A program made the position numbers and the translations under genes. From a bacterium (GTDB lineage: Bacteria; Eisenbacteria; RBG-16-71-46; CAIMUX01): a DNA stretch of 64,000 nt. Position 1 is the first letter of the stretch; each line of letters opens with the position of its first letter. The stretch lies in NCBI GenBank assembly GCA_030431975.1, contig JAUIHP010000014.1:38235-102234 (forward strand). Reading direction: 5' to 3'. Below are positions 26,728 to 35,637 of this stretch, piece by piece. Under the pieces are notes generated by a model. The model was not told the origin of the DNA, made no database searches, and saw only the letters and a list, made by a program, of their open reading frames with translations.

Positions 26728-28527
26728 ATGAAGCTAGGGTTGGTATTGGCGATGTCAGCGGCTGTGGCCGTCCCGGCGTGGTCGGCGAACGAGTACACGC
26801 AGACGCACCATGTAACCTACATGGGAGCGGGTGGAGTCGAGGTCGAGGGTGAGCGGTGCGGTGTCGTCGCCCCGGACCTCGAGGAGCAGCAGCGGGTCCA
26901 CGGTCAGATCCAGGAATGGATCGACGTCTTCGGGGACGGCGGCGTCCACAGCGCTGTGACGACGATCCCGGTCGCTTTCCACGTCGTCCAGGCCAACAAC
27001 GGTTCGTACAATGTTTCCGACCAGCAGATTCAGGACCAGATTGCGGTCCTGAACGCAGCCTATGCCGGGACCAACTTCCAGTTCTCCCTGGCCAGCATCG
27101 ACCGGACCCGGAACAACCGCTGGACCCGCCACAGTCCGGGCTCGTCCGCCGAGGCCGAGATGAAATCGGCGTTGGCCATTGACCCGACCACGACCCTGAA
27201 CTTCTACACCGGAAACCTGGGAGGCGGTCTCCTGGGCTACGCCACATTCCCGTGGATGTACGCCGAGGACAGTTTCATGCACGGCGTCGTCTGCCTCTAC
27301 TCGTCTCTGCCGGGCGGTACGGCTGCTCCGTACGACGAAGGGGACACGGGTACGCACGAGGTCGGACACTATCTCGGTCTCTACCACACGTTCCAGGGGG
27401 GGTGTAGCGGTGACGGCGACTTCGTCGGCGATACCCCGGCGGAAGCAAGCCCCGCTTCCGGATGTCCGGTCGGGCGGGATACCTGCGCCGGAGGAGGTCC
27501 GGACCCGATTCACAACTTCATGGACTACACGACCGACGCCTGCATGTTCGAATTCACGAACGGCCAGTCCGCTCGCATGGATGCTGCCGTTGCAGCGTAC
27601 AAGCCCGGGCTGGGTGGTGGTGGTTGCACGGAAACGGTACCGGCGGCGCCGTCGGCCCTCTCCGCGAACGCAATCAGCGACAGCCGGATCGACCTCAGTT
27701 GGAGTGACAACAGCAGCAACGAGGATGGATTCATCATCTCCCGTGGCGGCAGCGACATCGCGACGGTCGGCGCCGGGGTCACCAGCTACAGCGACAACGG
27801 CCTCACCTGCGAGACGAACTACTCCTACGCCGTCCGCTCTGAGAACTGTGCCGGGGAATCTGCGAGTTCCGGTTCGTCATCGGCCATGACCGGAACCTGT
27901 CCGGCGGGACCGACGGTTCACGTTTCTGCAATCGACCTCTCCGTTTCCTCCCAGGGACCCTGGCGCAGGGGTGAGGGCTACGTCACCGTCGTCGACCAGA
28001 ACGGTAGTCCGGCAGCCGGGATCAACGTCAGCGTCAGCTGGAGCGGATCAACCACCGGCAGCAGCAACGCGACGACCGCAGCCGACGGACGGGCTTTCGT
28101 GGAGTCGCCTCGTTGTCGGTGCAACAGTAACTGCTTCACTGCCAGCGTGACCAACCTCAGCGGAGCCGGTGTGACGTACGACTCGGGTTCGAACGTCGAG
28201 ACCACCGACGAGACCGGGAATGCCTGCGGCGCCCGTATTCAGCCGGCAACGGCAGGCCTGTCCGTCTCCAGCAGTCCGGAGCCGTTCCGGTCCGGAGCAC
28301 GGATCACCTACGCCACGCCTTCCGCCGGAGCGGTTCGGTTGGCCGTCTACGACGTGAGTGGACGTCAGATTCGGGTCCTCGTCGATCAAGGCCTCTCGGC
28401 GGGAACGCACTCGACCTCTTGGGACGGTCGGGATGATCGCGGCCTGGAAGTGGCGGCCGGAGTCTACTTCTATGCCCTGCAGGTGGGCGACGAGTCAGTC
28501 ATTCACAGGACCCTGCGTATTCGATGA
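26728..28527 (+). CDS. Secreted zinc metalloprotease, M43 pappalysin/ulilysin-like, + FN3 domain + Por/T9SS C-terminal sorting domain
   Basis: Signal peptide; HEVGHYLGLYHTF zinc site and DTP; central fibronectin-III-like region. C-terminus …ARITYATPSAGAVRLAVYDVSGRQIRVLVDQGLSAGTHSTSWDGRDDRGLEVAAGVYFYALQVGDE… is typical of the TIGR04183-type T9SS CTD. Confidence 0.85.
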   Translation: MKLGLVLAMSAAVAVPAWSANEYTQTHHVTYMGAGGVEVEGERCGVVAPDLEEQQRVHGQIQEWIDVFGDGGVHSAVTTIPVAFHVVQANNGSYNVSDQQIQDQIAVLNAAYAGTNFQFSLASIDRTRNNRWTRHSPGSSAEAEMKSALAIDPTTTLNFYTGNLGGGLLGYATFPWMYAEDSFMHGVVCLYSSLPGGTAAPYDEGDTGTHEVGHYLGLYHTFQGGCSGDGDFVGDTPAEASPASGCPVGRDTCAGGGPDPIHNFMDYTTDACMFEFTNGQSARMDAAVAAYKPGLGGGGCTETVPAAPSALSANAISDSRIDLSWSDNSSNEDGFIISRGGSDIATVGAGVTSYSDNGLTCETNYSYAVRSENCAGESASSGSSSAMTGTCPAGPTVHVSAIDLSVSSQGPWRRGEGYVTVVDQNGSPAAGINVSVSWSGSTTGSSNATTAADGRAFVESPRCRCNSNCFTASVTNLSGAGVTYDSGSNVETTDETGNACGARIQPATAGLSVSSSPEPFRSGARITYATPSAGAVRLAVYDVSGRQIRVLVDQGLSAGTHSTSWDGRDDRGLEVAAGVYFYALQVGDESVIHRTLRIR

Positions 28528-28685
28528 TCGGGGCCACAGAGGGACCAGAGCACATCAATCCATGACCGACGGGTTGATGTCTCCCTACAGCAAAGGCCGG
28601 AGCCTCAATTGAGCGCTCCGGCCTTGCTGTAGGTGCGGGGCCGCACTGGGTCTGTGCCGGAGAACCGCGCCCTTGCCGCCGTATC

Positions 28686-30467
28686 TCAGTACCTCCGACG
28701 GACACTGATGTCCCGGGTGGAATCGGAGAGGAACGGCCGGTAGGTTGCGAGAACGGGACGACTCTGCGGCGCGCTCTTCTCCTCGAAGACGGACACCTTC
28801 AAGTCCTGCAGAGTCTCCCAAGGGCGCGGCCCCTCCATGTCCAGCGGGAAGCTCACGGCTGTGTTCTTCATTGCAAGTGCATAGAGGTGGTGGCCCTCCC
28901 ATTCGAACCGGGCGGAGATCTCCTCGCGGCGGTAGCCCTGCTCGACCAGACTTTCCGCCGCCAACCAGTGCGCTTCCAGCCGATCTGCCTGCGCCCGATT
29001 CCATTCCCAGGAGAACAGGGCGAGGGCCGCAGTCGCGACCAGTGTCAGTGCTGAGCGCAGTCGTCCCCCGGTCGCACTGAGCGGTCTGGGATGGGGCCTT
29101 CCGGCCCAGATGAGCGCCGGAAGGAACAACGGCAGAAGATAACGATCGTAAAAGGACTCGGCGAACAGCATCGGGAGAAACAAGGTCAGGGACAAACCCG
29201 TCACGATGACAGCGGCGTTCCGGCTTGGGAGTACGAACCGAGTTCCCGGGACGGAGCGCCGGTTCCGGCACCGAACGTTGGCTGCGATCTGAGCTACGGA
29301 CCGGAGCGACAGTAGCGCGACGACCAAAGGAAGAAGGTAGGTGAGGCATTTCCAGAACCACGGAAAGGGTAAGGGACTCGCCATTCCGGATACTGTGCCG
29401 ACGGTGGCCTTGCAGAAGTAGTTGCCCTGCAGAGGGAAGTAGTTGAGTCGCGGAGTCCCGACGTCGACCCAGACGAAGTGCACGGTGAGGACCAAAGCAC
29501 CGCTTAGAACAAGGACGGCCCCCAATCGCGTCCTCGTCGGACGGGCCAGACCGGCCCAAAGAAGCGGGGACGCCACGAACGCAACGAGGAGGCTCCCGCC
29601 CAGCAGTTGGCGCATCGACTCGCCGAAGAGCCTGAGCGCAGCACCGAATCCGAACGCAGACTGTTTCGGTGTGTTGGCCAGCCCTTCCCACATGACCGCT
29701 CTTGGTATGAGGAGCCATGCCAGTCCGACCGCCAGGGCCAAGGGAGTGATCGAGACCAGAGCCGGGAGCCGGCCCGAACGGCCGCGCGAAACCAGAAGAA
29801 GGGCGCCGCTCAATCCCAGGAGCGCACCGGGTTGCCTGGTCAGAAAAGCTGCGGCCACCACGATGCCGAAGCCCAAAGAACGCACTGGACTGGGATGCTC
29901 GTAGGCACGCAGAGCCAGCCAGATTCCGAGCACACTCAACCCGAAGAAAGAGAAGTCGCTGTTGAAGGAACCGGCCAGTGGAAGTGCAAGCGGGTTGAAG
30001 ACGAGAAGCGTCGCTCCGCCGACAGCGGAGCTGCGACTCAGGCCACACCGGCGAAACACCGCGAACCCCGCGCCGGCGACTGCTGGAATCCAGGCGAAGG
30101 TCGCCAGTCGGAGGGAGCCATATCCGTCTCCGAGGATCTTTCCGAAGAGCGTCCCCCAGAAGAGGTGGAAGATCAGGGTCGGATCTCCCCATCCGACATC
30201 GACAAAGCCTTCACCCTCGAGCCAGTGTTGGACGCCGAGACGGTAGGCCCAATCGTCTCCCTGCGCGACCTCCCGAAGGGGCGAGGGCCCGAGGGTCGCA
30301 AGTGCCAGGAGGATGGCGCCCAATACCAAAGCGATGGCCGGAGAACCCGCCGCCGTTTCGGCCCCGGGTGCCGGGGTGCGATCCGAGGCGTCGGAGTCGA
30401 CTCTGAATATGGACATGCTTCCCCGAGCGGTTGTGTACTGCAGATCGCGAAGTTGCGGCAGACACAA
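28686..30467 (-). CDS. Polytopic membrane protein, glycosyltransferase family 39/83-like (ArnT/PMT-type)
   Basis: >10 predicted TM helices with a periplasmic C-terminal domain; GT-C-like topology. The true start is probably internal (MSIF…). The overlapping ORF 28585-30192 is judged spurious. Confidence 0.45.
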   Translation of the reverse strand: MCLPQLRDLQYTTARGSMSIFRVDSDASDRTPAPGAETAAGSPAIALVLGAILLALATLGPSPLREVAQGDDWAYRLGVQHWLEGEGFVDVGWGDPTLIFHLFWGTLFGKILGDGYGSLRLATFAWIPAVAGAGFAVFRRCGLSRSSAVGGATLLVFNPLALPLAGSFNSDFSFFGLSVLGIWLALRAYEHPSPVRSLGFGIVVAAAFLTRQPGALLGLSGALLLVSRGRSGRLPALVSITPLALAVGLAWLLIPRAVMWEGLANTPKQSAFGFGAALRLFGESMRQLLGGSLLVAFVASPLLWAGLARPTRTRLGAVLVLSGALVLTVHFVWVDVGTPRLNYFPLQGNYFCKATVGTVSGMASPLPFPWFWKCLTYLLPLVVALLSLRSVAQIAANVRCRNRRSVPGTRFVLPSRNAAVIVTGLSLTLFLPMLFAESFYDRYLLPLFLPALIWAGRPHPRPLSATGGRLRSALTLVATAALALFSWEWNRAQADRLEAHWLAAESLVEQGYRREEISARFEWEGHHLYALAMKNTAVSFPLDMEGPRPWETLQDLKVSVFEEKSAPQSRPVLATYRPFLSDSTRDISVRRRY

Positions 30468-30583
30468 CCTGGACGGGACAAACTACGGGTTTGATACCGC
30501 CTCGTGTACGAGGCGCGGGGATCCACTGCGGAAGGGAAGGGCGGGTAGGCGGGGTAGGTTGACGAGCAGCGACGAGAGAAAAG

Positions 30584-31303
30584 CTACCCCGAATCGACAC
30601 CGCGCTTCTTCACCAACGCCCCCAGATTCTTCAGGGCTCGGGCATGCACTCGCGACGTCCAGGACTTCGAAAGCCCGAGCGTGGCTCCCGCTTCCTCCAG
30701 CGTCATGTGGTTGAAGTAGTAGTTCTCGAGGACCGCCCGTTCCTTTTCGTCCATCTGTTCCAGTGACTCTCGAACGATCTGGACGACCGAAGCCAACTCG
30801 GCAGCTTCTTCCGGACTTTCCTGGTCTCCGGCGATGTCGCCCATCGATTCGTGGTCGAGCGACAAAAGTCGGGCCCCGGCGATCCGCATGATCGTGTCCC
30901 GGGTCGCGGAGATTTCGTCTTCCAACGTCATCGAGCCGTGTGAACCCGAGTTGGAGTCGGCCGAGTCGGTCAGGATCTCGTTCGTGGCCGCCTGAAAGTT
31001 GACGTCCCAATCCGGGTCTTTCTCGAACCAGGCCATCTTCCGGATGCCGTCGTAGATTGCGCCGCGAATCCGGTAGTAGGCGAAGGTCTTGAACTGAACC
31101 CCTCGGGCGGGATCGAAGCGGCGGCTGGCTTCGATGAGGCCGATCTGCCCGTAGGACTCCAGGTCACCCAGCTCGACGAAGTCGGGGAGTCCACGCAGGA
31201 TCTTCTTGGCCAGCGCCGTGACGAATCCCATGTACTCCACGACCAGCTGGTCGGGATTGACGGGGCCGCCGGGGACGGAACCGGAAGGTGTGGAATCGGT
31301 CAT
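30584..31303 (-). CDS. fliA: Sigma-70 family sigma factor, FliA/WhiG (sigma-28)-like
   Basis: Region 2 sequence FDPARGVQFKTFAYYRIRGAIYDGIRK is close to FliA (FETYA.QRIRGAM.DELR); region 4 HTH (MTLEEAGATLGLSKSWTSRVHARALKNL). 239 aa. Confidence 0.75.
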   Translation of the reverse strand: MTDSTPSGSVPGGPVNPDQLVVEYMGFVTALAKKILRGLPDFVELGDLESYGQIGLIEASRRFDPARGVQFKTFAYYRIRGAIYDGIRKMAWFEKDPDWDVNFQAATNEILTDSADSNSGSHGSMTLEDEISATRDTIMRIAGARLLSLDHESMGDIAGDQESPEEAAELASVVQIVRESLEQMDEKERAVLENYYFNHMTLEEAGATLGLSKSWTSRVHARALKNLGALVKKRGVDSG

Positions 31304-31424
31304 CGCACGGAACTTCCTTGCCGAATTACAAATCTCGAGCGTGGCAGGAGTCTAGCCTAGGATGCGCTCAAAAAGGGGCGTCAACCCCGTTTGGTGCAGT
31401 TGATGGAACGCGCGAGCCGCCAGT

Positions 31425-32249
31425 TTGGATAGTATGGGAGTGGACTTGGATCACTCGGAAAGTCGGAGTCAGAACGCTGTGCGGAAGCGCGTGCAGACAC
31501 GGAGTCAAAGCCCGGTGCGGGAACCCAACCAGAGTCAGGAGCCAGAACCGAATCCACGGGTTTCTTGGCAGGGAAAAGCGCTTCTTGCCGGCTGGCCGGT
31601 TGTTCTCGTTCTCTTTGCGGTCAGCTGGACTTTCGGTTGCGGCTCGGACTCGACGAAGCCGGATCCGCCCTCCGTATACAGGTATCCGGCGACTCAGGAT
31701 GAACTCATCGCGGCCTACAGAGACGCCTACGAGTTCCGGATTGCCGATGACGTCGATGAGCTTCTCACCGATGACTTTGTCTTCCACTTCGCTCCCATCG
31801 ACATCGACTCGTTCCAGGTCGCCGGAACCTGGGGCAAGGACGAAGAGATGGCCTCGTGCCGTCGCCTTTTCGGTGGAGAGCAGGGCATCTGGCCGACGGG
31901 TGAGCTACGGGCGCCCATCGATTCCCTTTTCTACTTCGGACTTCAGGTACGTCCGGAGAAAGAGTCCGAGTGGGAACTCGATCCGGATTCCGGACTCTGG
32001 GAACGCCCGTATCTGGCTTCGATGGTCATTCAGTACGACGACGGGTGCATCGACATCGTGTCCGGGGTGCAGCGCTTCGGTGTCCAGGACATGTCGGAAG
32101 TCGGCGGTCCGAACGGAGAGCAGGCGACCGGCTTCGCCATTCGGGAATGGCGCGATACCGGGCTCATCGGAGTACGTGAAGAAGAAAATCCCCAGCTGCA
32201 TGTCGCGAGCTGGGGATACGTGAAGGCGAGCTTTCGAGTTCGAGAATGA
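31425..32249 (+). CDS. Hypothetical lipoprotein ending in a WGxVKxxF motif
   Basis: Lipobox (VVLVLFAVSWTFGCGSD); C-terminus …VASWGYVKASFRVRE. Start uncertain (the ORF starts at TTG 31425). Confidence 0.5.
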   Translation: MDSMGVDLDHSESRSQNAVRKRVQTRSQSPVREPNQSQEPEPNPRVSWQGKALLAGWPVVLVLFAVSWTFGCGSDSTKPDPPSVYRYPATQDELIAAYRDAYEFRIADDVDELLTDDFVFHFAPIDIDSFQVAGTWGKDEEMASCRRLFGGEQGIWPTGELRAPIDSLFYFGLQVRPEKESEWELDPDSGLWERPYLASMVIQYDDGCIDIVSGVQRFGVQDMSEVGGPNGEQATGFAIREWRDTGLIGVREEENPQLHVASWGYVKASFRVRE

Positions 32250-32270
32250 CCGCCACGGCTGCGGCTGCGG

Positions 32271-32801
32271 CTACGGCTCCGTGCAGGCGTAGTCCGTCGC
32301 CGTACAGGCGCTGTGGCAGCCGATGCAGTTCTGGACGACGATATCGTCCTGGACCTCCCGGTCCCGGTTGGCTTCGATCCAGATCCAGTCGCCATTGTCC
32401 GGATCCGTTCCCGCCGGACCCTTGACCATGATGACGAAGCCCACGACCGAAGCCTCATCGCAGGCGTCGGAGTTGTGCATCGTCTTGACGAAGGTTGCGC
32501 CTTCCTCAAAAGGATAATTGCCGTCCAGGTAGTCCTGGGCAGAGGCCGGATCGGCGTGCACGATGATGAAGTTTCCGTCGTGCGGGTTACTGAAGCGACA
32601 GTCCCGAACCTGGACCCAGGTATCACGGTAGTCTGCCGGGAACGGGGCGATCTCAGGCTCGACAACGGGTTCGGTGGGATCGTCGTCGTCATCGCCGCAG
32701 GCCGCCGAGAAGAGCATGAGGCCTGCGAGTCCACATGCGAACAAGCCGGAAAAGAGGGCCGCGCGTCGATTGCGCGGCCCGGACCATTGATTCTGCGTCA
32801 A
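32271..32801 (-). CDS. Monoheme c-type lipoprotein, cytochrome P460-like
   Basis: Lipobox (LFSAACGDD); single CxxCH near the C-terminus (QNCIGCHSAC), as in cytochrome P460-family proteins; ~176 aa. Confidence 0.5.
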   Translation of the reverse strand: MTQNQWSGPRNRRAALFSGLFACGLAGLMLFSAACGDDDDDPTEPVVEPEIAPFPADYRDTWVQVRDCRFSNPHDGNFIIVHADPASAQDYLDGNYPFEEGATFVKTMHNSDACDEASVVGFVIMVKGPAGTDPDNGDWIWIEANRDREVQDDIVVQNCIGCHSACTATDYACTEP

Positions 32802-32824
32802 GAGAAGAGCCTTCCTGGGATCTA

Positions 32825-33979
32825 CTACTTGTAGCGCCAGACAGCCCGAATGCGGTGATTGTGGGTGTCGGCGATGAACAGGTTACCGACGGAATCGAAC
32901 TCGATTCCGTACGGGCGGTCAAGCTCTGCCTCGGCCGGGTGGCCTCCGTCACCGGAGAAGCCGGCGACGTTCGGTCTTCCGGCAAACGTCGTGATGATTC
33001 CGGTCTGCTGGTCGACCTTGCGAATCACGTTGTTCCGCGTGTCGGCGATGAACAGGTTTCCGTGCGGACCAACGGCGACGTCGGAAGGCCAGGCCAAACG
33101 GGCCTCGGTGGCGAGCCCGCCATCTCCGTCGAAGCCGCGACGTCCACTACCGGCCACCGTCGTGATGATCCCGTTGGTGTCGACCTTGCGGACCACGTTG
33201 TTGACTGTGTCTGCGAGGTAGTAGTTGCCGTCGGCGTCGAAACAGGCCTTGCCCACCGGGGGAGCGGACTGACCGACCGGAAGGAAGATCTGAGCGTCAA
33301 TGGCCGGTCCGCCGTCGCCGGCGTAGCCTGGAACATGACTGCCGCCGACGATCGTGCTGATGATGCCGTTGGTGTCGACCATGCGCACACACTGGTTGGC
33401 GAGGTCCGAGATCCACAAGTTCCCGACTTGGTCGAAGACGGCGCAACTCGGAAGGTCGAGGATGGCTTTGGTCGCAGGCCCGCCGTCCCCGCCGAGGTCC
33501 CGCGCACCCGTACCTGCGATGAGGGACATCATTCCCGTGTCGAAGTCGAGCTTCATCACCTTGGAGTTGTGCCAGGCGGAAAGGACGAGGTTTCCATCCG
33601 ACGGGTCGAAGGAGACCTGGGTCGGGTGGTTGAGCTTGATGTCCTTTGCCGGACCCTCGAGCGCGTCACCGAGTTCTCCCGTACCGATCAGGGTCGAGGA
33701 GACGCCGTCTTCGACGACGCGGACGCGATGGTTGTTCCAGTCGAGAACGTACATCCGGCCGTCGGGACCGAAGTTCACGTTCTGCGGAAGGGATAGATGG
33801 ACGGTGAGAGCGTCACCGTCTGTGCCTTGACCGTTGATGCCGGTTCCCATGACCGTGGTGATTCGGTCGTACGCCTCGACCTGAGGCTCCGGTTCGGTCG
33901 GGGACCCGTTGTCATCACTGCACCCCGTCGTCAGCCCAAGGGCGAGGAAGGTGGCGGCGGCGAGACGGATCGTGTTCAT
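32825..33979 (-). CDS. NHL-repeat beta-propeller lipoprotein (paralog A)
   Basis: Lipobox (LALGLTTGCSDD); repeated NHL units (IAGTG…GDGGPA…A.L..P.GVA.D..GNLYIADT.NHRIRKV). Start placed at the MNTIRL ATG. Confidence 0.8.
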   Translation of the reverse strand: MNTIRLAAATFLALGLTTGCSDDNGSPTEPEPQVEAYDRITTVMGTGINGQGTDGDALTVHLSLPQNVNFGPDGRMYVLDWNNHRVRVVEDGVSSTLIGTGELGDALEGPAKDIKLNHPTQVSFDPSDGNLVLSAWHNSKVMKLDFDTGMMSLIAGTGARDLGGDGGPATKAILDLPSCAVFDQVGNLWISDLANQCVRMVDTNGIISTIVGGSHVPGYAGDGGPAIDAQIFLPVGQSAPPVGKACFDADGNYYLADTVNNVVRKVDTNGIITTVAGSGRRGFDGDGGLATEARLAWPSDVAVGPHGNLFIADTRNNVIRKVDQQTGIITTFAGRPNVAGFSGDGGHPAEAELDRPYGIEFDSVGNLFIADTHNHRIRAVWRYK

Positions 33980-34038
33980 AGGGACGTTGGTTCGGGAATT
34001 CTTGATTCGCATTTCCTGATGTCCTCGATGCCGCTTTC

Positions 34039-35250
34039 CTAGAAGGAAACGCGACGGATCCGGTGGTTGTACCAATCGGCGATGTAGAGATTGCCTTCCG
34101 CGTCGAACTCGAGTCCGATCGGGCGGTGGAGTTGGGCTTCCGTGGCCGGTCCCCCGTCACCGCTGAATCCGGCGTCGCCGGTTCCGGCGACCGTCTCGAT
34201 GATTCCGGTTTCGACGTCCACGGCGCGGACCCGATTGTTCAGCTCGTCCGCAATATAGATGCGCCCGTCCGGGCCGAAGGCCAGATCCTTCGGGTAGTTG
34301 AGCGATGCATCCGTCGCGAGCCCGCCGTCACCGGCGTAAGCTCCGGTACCGTTGCCAGCGAAGGTCTCGATGGTGTTTGCGATGAGGTCGACACGTCGGA
34401 TCCGGTGGTTGTTCGTGTCACTGATGTAGAGCCGCCACTGGTCGTCGAAGACGATGGATCCACCCGGCGGAGGGTTGCCTCCGGCTGGCAGGTTGATCAT
34501 GGCGTCAAGTGGGTCCCCGCCATCACCCCCGTAGCCCTGCTGGCCGTTCCCGACCACCGTTTCGATGAGGTCGGTCGCGGAGGAAATTCGGCGTACGCGT
34601 TGGTTACGTTGATCGAGAACGAAGAGATCGTCATCCGGGCCGAGGATCGTGCACTGCGGCTGGCTGAGGATGGCGTCGCGACTCGGCCCGCCGTCACCCC
34701 CGAACCCAGCTCCGGCTCCGCAGACGACGAGAACGCGCTCGGTGTTCGGATCGTAGGTGCGAAGCTTGTGGTTGTGCCAGGCCGTCAAAAGGATGATGCC
34801 GTTCGGAAGTTCGATGAGCTGGGTCGGGTGGTTGAGGTGAACGTCCGTTCCCAAGGCCCCCGGAGCTTCGAGATCGGACAGGTCGTCAGGTCCATCTCCG
34901 ATGAAGTCGGTACCGATCACCGTTCGGAGCGTGTTGTTCTCGACCAGTCGGACCCGGTGGTTGTTCCAATCGAGTATGTAGGCGTCCCCGTTGGAGACGA
35001 ACTGGACATCGATCGGCCAATAAAGAAAGGTTTCCTCGAGCGGCAGCCCATCTCCGTTGAACCCGGCTTGACCCGTCCCGATCCAGGTGCAGATCTGGCC
35101 AGGCGAATCACAATCCGGCTCCGGCTCGGGGACGACCGTGTCGTCGCTGTCCGAGCTGCATCCGGACAAGAGTCCGAAGCTCAGAACAAGGGAGCACAGA
35201 AGAAAGGGCCGAACGCTATTTCGCGTGCGTCGGACGAAGTTCGTTTGCAT
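34039..35250 (-). CDS. NHL-repeat beta-propeller lipoprotein (paralog B)
   Basis: Lipobox (LSGCSSDSDD); same NHL repeat architecture as the upstream paralog. Confidence 0.8.
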   Translation of the reverse strand: MQTNFVRRTRNSVRPFLLCSLVLSFGLLSGCSSDSDDTVVPEPEPDCDSPGQICTWIGTGQAGFNGDGLPLEETFLYWPIDVQFVSNGDAYILDWNNHRVRLVENNTLRTVIGTDFIGDGPDDLSDLEAPGALGTDVHLNHPTQLIELPNGIILLTAWHNHKLRTYDPNTERVLVVCGAGAGFGGDGGPSRDAILSQPQCTILGPDDDLFVLDQRNQRVRRISSATDLIETVVGNGQQGYGGDGGDPLDAMINLPAGGNPPPGGSIVFDDQWRLYISDTNNHRIRRVDLIANTIETFAGNGTGAYAGDGGLATDASLNYPKDLAFGPDGRIYIADELNNRVRAVDVETGIIETVAGTGDAGFSGDGGPATEAQLHRPIGLEFDAEGNLYIADWYNHRIRRVSF

Positions 35251-35637
35251 AATTAGATCAGTTTCTCCCTGGCAGAACCCCCGAAGAGAATATCACGGTA
35301 CGTCCCGCGCTCTTGCATCGGAATTTTGGGCCCACATCGATCCTTGCGTGAACCTGAGCTTCTGGATCGCTGCCCCCGGTCTTCTCAGTCCGGCCCTCTG
35401 GTACTCCGGAGGTTGTTGGAACAACATTCTTCCGACGACGAATCCCCGGCACTCGGACCCGCGGAACCAAACGCTTTCGTACAGGGAGCGCGCATTTGGG
35501 GCGTTCAACCCAAGATCGTTTGACTTCGAAGCGATCCGGTTAATAAACTTTTCCTGCGCCTGCAACGCCCCGTTGCTTGCGTCCGGCGGGCCCACTCCTC
35601 AAAAACAGCCGCCAAACCTACATGCACGGAGGTTGCC
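35251..35637. promoter_or_regulatory. Divergent intergenic region between the NHL paralogs (minus) and the ASPIC/UnbV paralogs (plus)
   Basis: 387-bp non-coding gap separating oppositely oriented gene starts; presumably holds both promoters. Confidence 0.4.

Noticed and set aside
26030-27247. 405-aa minus-strand ORF
   Set aside because: Runs antisense across the M43 protease start and the intergenic region; extreme Arg/Pro/Gly composition; judged spurious.
28585-30192. 535-aa minus-strand ORF
   Set aside because: Alternative frame of the polytopic membrane protein gene; Arg-rich, lacks the TM periodicity seen in the 28686-30467 frame.
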